Of a stretch of 64,000 nt of DNA, positions 50,327-59,800 are shown in pieces. This stretch comes from an uncultured delta proteobacterium (lineage in GTDB: Bacteria > Desulfobacterota > Desulfobacteria > Desulfobacterales > B30-G6): the NCBI GenBank assembly GCA_963823335.1, contig CAWGLD010000004.1:448001-512000 (forward strand), in the 5' to 3' direction. Numbering within the stretch: position 1 is the first letter of the stretch; each line of letters starts with the position of its first letter. The position numbers were made by a program, and so were the translations under genes. The notes under the pieces were generated by a model. That model was not told where the DNA came from and made no database searches. It was given only the letters and a program-made list of their open reading frames with translations.

Positions 50327-51478
50327 ATGACTAATCCGGCCAAACGAACCGGCATCGTTCATCACCCTCGCTATACGGACCATTGTGTAGGCCCTGGTCA
50401 TCCCGAATGCCCCGGGCGTTTGGCGGTGCTCTATACTATGTTGGAGGAACCCGGTATGCGGGGATATTTTAAGGACATCACCCCGAGAAATGCAGAAAAA
50501 GAAGAGCTTCTCCAGGTCCATTCTCAAAAATATGTTCGGAGCTTGGAGGCCACACAAGGCATAGCATGCACCTATCTGGATGCTGACACCCAGGCTTCGC
50601 CCCATTCCTATGAAGCATCGCTGTTGGCTGCCGGCGGCCTTTGCCGGGCCATCGAGCAAGTCCATAAAGGAGAACTGGACAACGCCTTTGCTATGGTCCG
50701 GCCCCCCGGACACCATGCCGAAAAATCAAAAGCCAAAGGATTTTGCCTTTACAACAATGTGGCAGTGGGCGTGCGCTATGCCCAGACACGCCTTGGCCTC
50801 AACCGCATCATGGTGGCGGACTGGGATCTTCATTTTGGAAACGGTACCCAGCACTGCTTTGAAGAGGACCCGTCGGTACTTTTTTTTTCAACCCATCAGG
50901 TATTCACCTTTCCCGGAGGCGGAAAATTTCGCGAGATTGGAAAGGGCGACGGCAAAGGGTTTTCCGTCAATATTCCCTTGCGTCCCGGATGCGGAGACGG
51001 GGAATACATTACCCTCTTTGAAAAAATTTTAAAACCTGTTGCCCTTGAGTTCGACCCCGAACTGATTCTGGTCAGCGCCGGTTTCGATCCCCATTTCAAC
51101 GACCCACTCGGGGGCATGCGGGTAACGCCTGAGGGGTTTGCTGGAATGACCCGCTCGATCCTGGATATTGCCGACCGCTGCTGTGGAGGCAAGGTGGTTA
51201 TGACTCTTGAAGGAGGATATGGCCTGGAGGGGCTCCGAGATTCCGTCCGGGCGGTTCTTAGAGAGTTGGCCGGACTGCAGCGAACAGATACTGCCGCGAT
51301 CATGGCTACAGCAGATCAGATAAAACTCAAATACGTGCTCTGGCGGGTAAGGCGAGTCCTTGGCGGGCACTGGAAAAGTCTTCAGACGTCCCCAGACGAC
51401 GACGCGAACCTGAGGCTTTCCCTTTCAGAGCGGTTGGGTGAAACCGTGGCACGCGTTCTGGATTATCTTAAAAGTTGA
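50327..51478 (+). CDS. Zn-dependent deacetylase, histone deacetylase/AcuC superfamily
   Basis: HPE.P.R, RPPGHHA, GFC..NN, DWDLH.GNG, SAGFD, LEGGY. Confidence 0.92.
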   Translation: MTNPAKRTGIVHHPRYTDHCVGPGHPECPGRLAVLYTMLEEPGMRGYFKDITPRNAEKEELLQVHSQKYVRSLEATQGIACTYLDADTQASPHSYEASLLAAGGLCRAIEQVHKGELDNAFAMVRPPGHHAEKSKAKGFCLYNNVAVGVRYAQTRLGLNRIMVADWDLHFGNGTQHCFEEDPSVLFFSTHQVFTFPGGGKFREIGKGDGKGFSVNIPLRPGCGDGEYITLFEKILKPVALEFDPELILVSAGFDPHFNDPLGGMRVTPEGFAGMTRSILDIADRCCGGKVVMTLEGGYGLEGLRDSVRAVLRELAGLQRTDTAAIMATADQIKLKYVLWRVRRVLGGHWKSLQTSPDDDANLRLSLSERLGETVARVLDYLKS

Positions 51479-52086
51479 CAAAGAAGGAACCCGACATGGC
51501 ACCATTCAGGGAATCTATCCGGCGCCTCGCGCAAAACATGCAATCCTGTGAGGAGTGGCTCGAACTTGCCAGGGATCTTAACGAGCCAATTCACATAGGC
51601 AAGGCGCCCGCCGGCCTGCATATGCGGTGGGCCCGCAATGAGGATCTGTTTACCATCAATGCCATGGAAGGGTTTGTAAAAGAAACTGAATTCATGGAAA
51701 AATCCCTTCGAAAAGGAGATCGCTGCCTTCTGTTGGAGGACGACGGAACCATGTGCGCCTTTACCTGGGTAACGTTCCGGGATTTCAAGCTTGCCCCCTG
51801 GTACACCCTCAAACTACCTCCGGGTTGGTGGTACCTAGTCTATATTTTCGTGCACCCGACATACGGCCGCAGAGGCATCGCTTCCTTTCTGTTGGGGTCC
51901 TTGATGGAAGCCCTGCGCGACAAGGGCGGCAGTCGTCTGGTATCCGGCATGTACAGCAACTGGAAGGCTTCCATCGCGCTGCACCGTAAAATGGGCTTTT
52001 TTGTCCATCGGCGCCTAACCCAGTGCAAACTGCTGAACATATTCCCAACACCGCCCAGTATAGAGGAGGGCGAGGGGATAACATAA
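51475..52086 (+). CDS. GNAT family N-acetyltransferase
   Basis: FVHPTYGRRGIA motif A, N.KASI.LH.KMGF; TTG start would overlap the HDAC stop (ATG 51496 alternative). Confidence 0.85.
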   Translation: MTKKEPDMAPFRESIRRLAQNMQSCEEWLELARDLNEPIHIGKAPAGLHMRWARNEDLFTINAMEGFVKETEFMEKSLRKGDRCLLLEDDGTMCAFTWVTFRDFKLAPWYTLKLPPGWWYLVYIFVHPTYGRRGIASFLLGSLMEALRDKGGSRLVSGMYSNWKASIALHRKMGFFVHRRLTQCKLLNIFPTPPSIEEGEGIT

Positions 52087-52371
52087 AATCAGTTGTTCTT
52101 TCCTCCCCCGCCTTTGCAGGGTCGCAGGGAGGCGATCCACTTTTCAGTTAAATTATGTCAATGAGGAAACATACAAGGTATACAAGTATTTGGAGCCTCT
52201 CTAAATGTACAGATACTATTGACATGATACGGCAGAGTATTTCCAGCTGCTTTCGACGGAAAGCTTAAACACCTAAAGAAAATTAGCGACGCTTATGGCG
52301 ATGGTCGATTAGATAGTCTGGCGTCCGGGGGAGATGGGGCCCGGACGCCAGCGATAGTCAGGTTCAATGTA

Positions 52372-53928
52372 TTACTGCCCCAGGTTATTTTGCATCGTCT
52401 TTAGCACCTGTTCGAGATTAAAGCTGGCCGGTTTTTGTCGCGGGGGGAACTCCTTATACGTCGCGAGGTGATTCGCTACATAGGACGCGCCTGGCAGAAG
52501 CAGATAGACGCGCTCGAAGCGCCACATATTATACGCCTCCGCCTCGTGATCGGCGCGTTCGAAAGGATCGGTTCTCAGGCAGAAAAGCTTAGGCACGCGC
52601 AGTGTTACCAGCGGTTCCTGCCACACATCAAATCCATGTGCCCGCTGTTCCATGAATACCAGTTTCCATCGGTCGTAGCGAAGATTGGCCAAGCCACCGT
52701 CATCGGTCCAGTAGAAAAATTCCTTGCGCGGTGACTCTTTAACCTCGCCCTTGAAAAAGGGAAGCATGTTGTAGCCGTCAAGATGGACTTTGAAATTCTT
52801 CCCATTGGCCTGATGACCTTTCAGGAGTTTTTCTTTGATATCCGGCTCACCCGCCGCAGCCAGAAATGTCGGCACAATGTCTTCGTGGGAGAAGATATCA
52901 TTATAAATGGTTCTGGGCTTGATCACACCTGGCCACTTGATCAGAGTGGGAACACGGTAACCTCCGTCCCAGTTAGAGTTTTTCTCGTTACGGAACGGGG
53001 TGGAGCCGCCGTCCGGCCAAGAGAAACACTCCGCACCGTTGTCACTGGAATACATGATGATGGTATTATCGGCAAAACCGAGTTCATCAAGCTTATCAAG
53101 CAGCTGGCCCACATGACCGTCATGTTCGACCATGCCGTCCGGATAAACACCCAGGCCGGTGACGCCTTGTGATTCTTTCTTGAGATGCGTAATCACGTGC
53201 ATCCGGCTGGAGTTCCACCACAAGAAGAACGGTTTGTTTGCCTTTTTGGCCCGATCCAAAAAATCGAGGGCGCCGACGGTGATCTCTTCATCAATGGTTT
53301 CCATTCGTTTTTTGGTCAGCGGGCCGGTATCCTCGATTTTACCGTCTGAAGTGGACTTGATCACGCCCCGGGGGCCAAACTTTTTCTTAAACTCCGGATT
53401 CTTTGGATAATCAGCATGCTCTGGCTCTTCTTCGGCGTTCAGGTGATACAGGTTGCCTAGGAACTCATCGAAACCATGTGCGGTCGGCAGGTGCTCATCA
53501 CGATCGCCCAGATGATTTTTGCCGTATTGAGCGGTCATATAACCATGGTTTTTGAGCAGCTCAGCCAAAGTCGGGTCTTTTTCTGAAAGGCCTTCTTTTG
53601 CTCCAGGCAGGCCGACTTTGAGCAAACCGGTGCGAAACGGGCTCTGGCCGGTAATAAATGCAGATCGCCCCGCAGTGCAGGACTGCTGGCCATACCAGTC
53701 TGTGAACAAGGCACCTTCATCAGCAATACGGTCAATGTTTGGCGTTTTGTAACCCATCATACCGCGATTGTAGCAACTGGGGTTATTCCAGCCGATGTCA
53801 TCACCCCAAATCACGAGAATGTTGGGTTTGTCCACTTTTGCCATTACAGGGGCCGCAAACCAGACTACGGCAATCAGTGCGGCAAATAAAATAATTACTG
53901 TGCTTTGATATGATAATCGGGCATTCAT
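52372..53928 (-). CDS. Secreted arylsulfatase (Cys-type, formylglycine-dependent)
   Basis: Signal peptide, PNILVIWGDD, SCTAGR, GKNHLG, SDNG; hairpin 52318-52352 downstream. Confidence 0.92.
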   Translation of the reverse strand: MNARLSYQSTVIILFAALIAVVWFAAPVMAKVDKPNILVIWGDDIGWNNPSCYNRGMMGYKTPNIDRIADEGALFTDWYGQQSCTAGRSAFITGQSPFRTGLLKVGLPGAKEGLSEKDPTLAELLKNHGYMTAQYGKNHLGDRDEHLPTAHGFDEFLGNLYHLNAEEEPEHADYPKNPEFKKKFGPRGVIKSTSDGKIEDTGPLTKKRMETIDEEITVGALDFLDRAKKANKPFFLWWNSSRMHVITHLKKESQGVTGLGVYPDGMVEHDGHVGQLLDKLDELGFADNTIIMYSSDNGAECFSWPDGGSTPFRNEKNSNWDGGYRVPTLIKWPGVIKPRTIYNDIFSHEDIVPTFLAAAGEPDIKEKLLKGHQANGKNFKVHLDGYNMLPFFKGEVKESPRKEFFYWTDDGGLANLRYDRWKLVFMEQRAHGFDVWQEPLVTLRVPKLFCLRTDPFERADHEAEAYNMWRFERVYLLLPGASYVANHLATYKEFPPRQKPASFNLEQVLKTMQNNLGQ

Positions 53929-54336
53929 TGTTTTTCTCCTTTCTGAAGTAAAATTATTGGTTGTTCTACAAACCGCGTGCTAAATACTCGGTTCCGAACC
54001 AAAACGCTTGGAGACATGCCGTCTCCGGATCTTTTTTCGTTTTGCAGAAAAAGAATTTAAACAGGAGATCAATTGATCGGACATCACAACATTTATTCGA
54101 ATGATGACAATAAGCGGATTGGCCGGCTTGTTCTTCATCGGTTTCCCCCCTCTCAAATGGTTTGCATGATTTAAAGAAGATGATAGGTCTGAAAGGGAAG
54201 AACAGGTCAAGGATCAGTTCAGATACGGCTCAGATATGGAGATTCAGCTTCAGACCAAATGTGGTTTGAATGCTATAAGAGCTGCATACATGAATAGGTT
54301 GAATGTGTCAAGATTCGGCTATTTCTGCAGTACCGA

Positions 54337-54378
54337 GTCGGGTGGCCCAGGGGAATCTCACCCCCAGGCTCCCACAGA
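54337..54378 (-). ncRNA. Group II intron 3' remnant (end of domain V plus domain VI)
   Basis: Minus strand TCTGTGGGAGCCTGGGGGTGAGATTCCCCTGGGCCACCCGAC with AC terminus. Confidence 0.7.
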
Positions 54379-54458
54379 GGGGGGCATTTTTCGGCCTTAA
54401 CTTACCACCGCCGTTATACCTGTATCGTCCTGTTTTATTTGCCACCGGAAACATATTA

Positions 54459-54653
54459 GAAGCTATCTCAAAAAAAAGCTTTTGGCCCAATTTCTGTGTT
54501 GGTCCCTTGCTTCAACTCCTCGGAATACTTCAGTATGCACCCCAAGGGCATTTCCTGCGGGCACCTGCGGGTTGAAGTTCGGGTCCACCTTGAACTTGAC
54601 GAAGATCCCGCTCTTTTTGCGGGGAACCAAAAGCTTTTTTTTGAGATGGTTTC
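54459..54653. mobile_element. MITE copy 2 (195 bp), inverted relative to copy 1, TA-flanked
   Basis: Same TIRs and core as 558-699 plus two 26-nt inserts. Confidence 0.88.
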
Positions 54654-55231
54654 TAATCAGTGGCCAATTTTCCAAGCAACCAAGCCATGTTCTGACCGAG
54701 CGTTGCCATGGTTCCCTTGGCCTCTTCATCCTTTTCCACATCACCGATATTCCGGCCGAAACCCATGTTCCAGTAATTAGATCCAGGCACAATCATCTGA
54801 CTGATAAAGAAAAAGTGGTTCAAGGAATCAAATGTGTGTATAGCCCCACCCCTGCGGGCGGCAACCACTGCGGCTCCCACTTTTCGCTTGAGCATGCCAC
54901 CATTGGCAATAGATGTCATACCAGACCGGTCGATCAATGCCTTGATCTGAGATGTGAGATCGGCAAAATATACCGGAGACGCCAAAATTATACCATCAGC
55001 CGTGAGCATTTTTTCAATGCATTCATTGGCGATATCTTTTTCTACAGCACAGCGCTGATTTTTATTCTCAAAACACTTGTAGCATGCAATGCAGCCGTTG
55101 ATTCTTTTTCCTTTCATCTGGTATAATTCGGTATCGATTCCCTCTTTCTCCAATTCAGCAAAGACCCAGCGAACCATCGTTGCTGTGTTCCCATCCTTAC
55201 GTGCACTTCCATTGAATGCGACAACCTTCAT
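54653..55231 (-). CDS. Iron-sulfur flavoprotein (Isf/WrbA-like flavodoxin family)
   Basis: GSARKDGNT, CIACYKC.....RC, ASPVYF. Confidence 0.9.
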   Translation of the reverse strand: MKVVAFNGSARKDGNTATMVRWVFAELEKEGIDTELYQMKGKRINGCIACYKCFENKNQRCAVEKDIANECIEKMLTADGIILASPVYFADLTSQIKALIDRSGMTSIANGGMLKRKVGAAVVAARRGGAIHTFDSLNHFFFISQMIVPGSNYWNMGFGRNIGDVEKDEEAKGTMATLGQNMAWLLGKLATD

Positions 55232-55281
55232 AGCTGAACTCTCCCTGTTTATCCGTTCCGGATAAAGTTTGTTATTGACTC

Positions 55282-55695
55282 CTATGCCTTCGTATAGACA
55301 CCCCTACCTACACTCTTGATCTTGCCCTGCTTCCTCAACTTAAAAACAATATTTGCCAGTTTCTTTTTATCAAATCCAGTCTTTTCTAAAAGATCTGCGG
55401 AAGTGACGCCACTTTTTGACCCTGTGATAGAATTCAGCACAGTATCGGAGGCAGTGTCAGTTTTCACAGCTTCTTTGATCGGTGCCTTCTTCGCTGGTGC
55501 TTTCTTGGGTGCCGTTTTCTTTGGTTTTGCCTTAGTCTTTGGCACAGGTTTGGCCTTAGTCTTCCTAACAGGTTTAGCTTTAGCCGGTTCCTTAGGTGCT
55601 ACCTTTTCCAGCTTCTCTGCCAACTTCTCCACACCCTGTGCTATAGTTCTCAGGCCTTCCGCTACTGCTTTCAACGCTACATCAAAATCCTTCAT
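55282..55695 (-). CDS. Lys/Ala/Pro-rich (histone H1-like) putative DNA-binding protein
   Basis: SD AGGAGGT; N-terminal heptads, KAKPVxKT/PKKA linker, C-terminal wHTH-like segment. Confidence 0.85.
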   Translation of the reverse strand: MKDFDVALKAVAEGLRTIAQGVEKLAEKLEKVAPKEPAKAKPVRKTKAKPVPKTKAKPKKTAPKKAPAKKAPIKEAVKTDTASDTVLNSITGSKSGVTSADLLEKTGFDKKKLANIVFKLRKQGKIKSVGRGVYTKA

Positions 55696-55872
55696 AAATT
55701 ACCTCCTGTAAAATAAGTTTGGGGTAGTATAGTGCAGGCGTTGAATAACGCAAGTGGAAAAATATAGAGGTTTGTTGGTAGGTGGCCTTTTTATAAAAAT
55801 ACCTCTGTCTATTCACCCCATGCTTTTCTTATTTCATCATCAGTGTTGAAAATATAATCTTGGGCATGTGTT

Positions 55873-56307
55873 TCAAACTGCAACCCGTTCCGGAACAGCC
55901 CCCGTTTCTTTACCAAACACATATGAGAACAGAATCGCAATAAGATCCCCAATAATGTACGATAGGAAGACAACCACATGGAGAATCGCATAAGGCTGAA
56001 ATCTCCCCGTAAACAGGATAGGTGCAACAACCCCTATAAACCAGACAGCCTTGTAACAAAGCTGAAGGAGCAAGACTGGTACAAATTTCAAAGGCGCTTT
56101 CAGTCCCAGTATCGATAGGAGTCCAGATGATAAATACACACTGCCCATTACTCTGTAAACGATTGGATCTTGGGCAGGCCGGTTGAAAATCATACGCATG
56201 TAGGCAGGCATCACGATTATCCCCAGACCGAATCCCCCTGCACCAACAATGGTGTAGATGTACATGGCTTTGAGCCAAGCATATCGAATTTTGTGATCCC
56301 CTGGCAT
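55873..56307 (-). CDS. Hypothetical integral membrane protein (about 4 TM)
   Basis: SD GGAGGTG; hydrophobic helices. Confidence 0.75.
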   Translation of the reverse strand: MPGDHKIRYAWLKAMYIYTIVGAGGFGLGIIVMPAYMRMIFNRPAQDPIVYRVMGSVYLSSGLLSILGLKAPLKFVPVLLLQLCYKAVWFIGVVAPILFTGRFQPYAILHVVVFLSYIIGDLIAILFSYVFGKETGAVPERVAV

Positions 56308-56489
56308 ATCTCACCTCCCCACCTCAGAAAAATAGTAAACAAGACCATCACTGACCCTGCATAGGAAACCTCCTTCCATTCAAAATAGTAGCTGTAAATC
56401 ATGAACGTAATTACCACGCGCCTCCATTAGGGGACCTCCCCTCTGGAGGCACCATAAAAGCAACTTTAAACATCCTTGTGTCAGATAAA

Positions 56490-56516
56490 GGGGAATGCGC
56501 TCGCTGTTGCGGTTCA
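56490..56516 (+). repeat. Dispersed repeat copy C
   Basis: GGGGAATGCGCTCGCTGTTGCGGTTCA. Confidence 0.7.
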
Positions 56517-56805
56517 GATATAGATCTTGAACAGTGGTTTCTGCCATTGTAGAAATGACTGATTAAAAGTAGCGGTATGTGTAGGATGCCGGTCTCGCCG
56601 AAAATAAGATCGGGTAAAAAATACTCGAATTGAAACCTATATTAAGTAGCACGATCACCGCAGGATGACAATCCGTCATTGTTTGAACCAAAAACGGGCA
56701 ACGACCCGCTTAACCAAATATCAATTGACAGTGAACCGTGCATTTCTGTAACGTGGCGAACAATATCACTGAAAAAACATCTTTTTATGGTGTTCGACTA
56801 TTTTT

Positions 56806-59800
56806 ATGAAAACAAGGTCAAAAATAACCCTAATTTCCATCGGTGTGCTCGCCTCATGCCTGCTGGTATTGGCAGTCAGTCTCTCTATCTTTGTCAACAC
56901 CGATCAATTCCGAAATATCCTTTTGAATAAAATCAACCCTTCCATTGCCGGAAATCTGACCGTGGGCGGCCATGATATTTCACTTCTGAAAGGCAAAATC
57001 GCCCTTCAGAACCTTACGCTCGAAAACCCCCCGGGAAACCGCCTTGCAGCCCTGGAGTATCTGATGGCGGATATCGCATTTTTGCCCCTTCTGACCCGAA
57101 CCCTTGTCATTGAAACACTCACCTTAAAAAAACCGGAGATCCGGGTTAAAATCGATAAAGACGGGGTTGTGGATATCGTCGAGGCCTTCAACGCCTCTCC
57201 ACCGGTAAAAAAGGTACAGACCCAGGAGGAGTCGAGCACCCCGTTTAATGTGATCGCAGAGAAAATCTGGATTACAGACGGCGATTGTAACATCACCTCC
57301 ATACCAGACAATCTTCAAATGGACCTGAATCGGATAACTGTTCAGGCCACAGCGGATCTTTTTAAAAAAGCAGGCCAGATCGACATCAGGGTTGAGGACA
57401 CTGCCCTCGCATATGATACACGCCACATGAAAATCAGCCCTGTCACATTATCTGTTCTGCTGACGAAAGATCAGTCCGCGTCCGTGGCATTCAAAGCCAA
57501 AACCGATTTTGCAGAGATCGCATTGACTGGTGAGGTGGGCCAGGTACTTCACAATCCGGATTTGAATCTCGATCTGACCTTTGATGTTTCACTTTCCGAA
57601 TTGAAAAACCTGCTGCCCTTGCCGGCTGTGTTTTCGGGGAAAACAAACGGCGTGTTGACCGTTCGGGGCGACTGGCGTAATCCAGAAGCGGATCTGCGTC
57701 TGCAGTACAGTGGCGGTTCTCTGGCAGGGTATCCTGTGGATGGATTGCATACAGACCTGCGATTGAAGGACAGACAGCTTCTTGTGCAGCAACTTCAGAT
57801 CCTGGCAGGCAACGGTGAAATCAGTCTTGCCGGCAATATAGACCTGCAGGAAGTATTTCCGGAGGGTCTGGTTTCTTCACGGATACAGCCCCATAAAGTC
57901 CGTTATGCCCTGGATGCAGGTCTGAAACATATCGATGTCGCCTTCCTGGATAAAGACACCCTTGGCGTCAAAGGTTTTTTGAATTCCACGACAGCGTTTC
58001 AAGGAGCAGGAATCGACTTCAACACGCTGTCGATAGCCGCCAGCATGGATGCTGTACTGGAAAAATTCTTTCTGGAAGGGATGCAACACCCCATTGATCT
58101 GAAAATGCATGCATCGGGAAAAATGGAAGACGGCGTCATCGATTCAAAACAGGTAACCATCGTTGCCGCAGGCACCCGTTTGAATGCCAGTGGCATGCTT
58201 GATCTGCCATCCGCTCACATCCAGGCGCAATTGACCGCCGACACAGAAAACATCGAAAATCCACTGTCCCTGCTCGGTATGACCGGAAATTCAGGGGTTT
58301 GTGCCATGAAAGCAGATGTGTCCGGTTCCTGGGAGCAGCCGGTCGTCGGGCTTGAAATAAATGCAAAGAAAATGCAGTTCAACGGTCTGCGCCTGGGGGA
58401 TGTCGATCTGGCAGCGAACATGGATCAAAACGGTCTTATTAAGATTCTTTCCTTGAAACTTGACAATCAGGGGACGCAGGCCCAGGGAAACGGAACAATC
58501 CAACTGCTCAAGGATAAATTTCAGCTTCACGAAACCATGCCCCTCAAAGCCGAATTGAAAATCGCCAATGCGCAGGCACGTGATTTTTTAGATGACGTGC
58601 CCGTCAACGGCTCTTTCGAAGGAGAGATGCAGGTTCATGGAAACGTTCGTTCGCTTCAGGCTTCGACAGTTTTGAGCGGAAAAGATGTCGCCTATGAAAA
58701 AATATTTTTGGGGGATGTGGACACGAATCTACGGTTTTTTAACGGGAAAGTCCTTCTGGATCAATTGCGGATCAAAAACCAGACCGCTGCATGCTCTCTG
58801 AATGGCGACATACAGGTTTTCGAGCCCAATTCATGGCATCGGCTGTCAGACCCTGTTTTGAATCTGGATTTGAAAGCGGAGACACCATCCATTGCAGCGT
58901 ACATTCCCGACATCGAGGGAAATCTGTATCTTGACGCGCATCTTGATGGGCCTGTATCCCGCCTGCAGGGAAGAGGATCTGTCAAAGGGGATCAACTTGA
59001 CTTTTCGGGACAGTCTGTGGAAAAGGTGACGCTGGATATTGAACTGAAGGACAATCGTCTGCATGTGCAGCCTTTGAAGGTGGTTTTCGAAGCGGAAAGT
59101 GTCGTGACTGGATCCGGCTGGATCGGTTTCGACGGGGATTTTGCCTTGGATCTTCATTCAACGGACTTGCTGCTCAACAGCATCGGCAAGATAAAAGAGA
59201 CGGGAATGGTCGAGGGTAAAATGGATTTCCATGTTCGGGGGGAAGGCAACGTCAAAAGTCCATCCATTTACGGCGATATCCATGCCAAAGAGGTTCTGGT
59301 CAATAATCAGAAAACGGATGACTTCGATTTTCAAGTCACGCTGGTTGACAACCAGGTATCCATCAAGGGACGTCAAACCTTTGAACTCAACCTTGTTTAC
59401 CATCTGCTGAACAAGAATTATTCCATCAATCTTTTCTTTGCAGATACGAACACCTCACCCTTATTTCTCATAATCGGTAAAAAGGATATTGGTGGGAAGC
59501 TGAGTGGAGAGCTGGTAGCCCAGGGAAACATGGCGTCTCTCGAAAAAAGCGAAGCCTCTCTGGACATTTCAAGCCTGTCTTTGACCTATCTGGGTGTATC
59601 TTTTGTCAAGGCAAACCGCATTCAGGGAAATCTGAAAGATCAACAGCTGACACTTCCTGAATTCCATCTGAACTTCCTGGAATCAGGCGAACTGAAGGTA
59701 AAAGGATCCGGAACGTTAGATGGCTATTTTGATATGGCAGTTGACGGTAATGTCCCGACGGAAGCCGCCGTGTTGTTGTTACAGGATCTCACGGATATGA

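Noticed and set aside
53980-54138. Short ORF upstream of the sulfatase (MKNKPANP...)
   Set aside because: Has a purine-rich SD-like stretch but no recognisable motif; cannot be supported without homology
48916-55231. Selenocysteine or stop-codon readthrough in redox genes
   Set aside because: TrxB-like (CVSC), sulfatase (CTAGR) and Isf motifs all use Cys and the ORFs are full length
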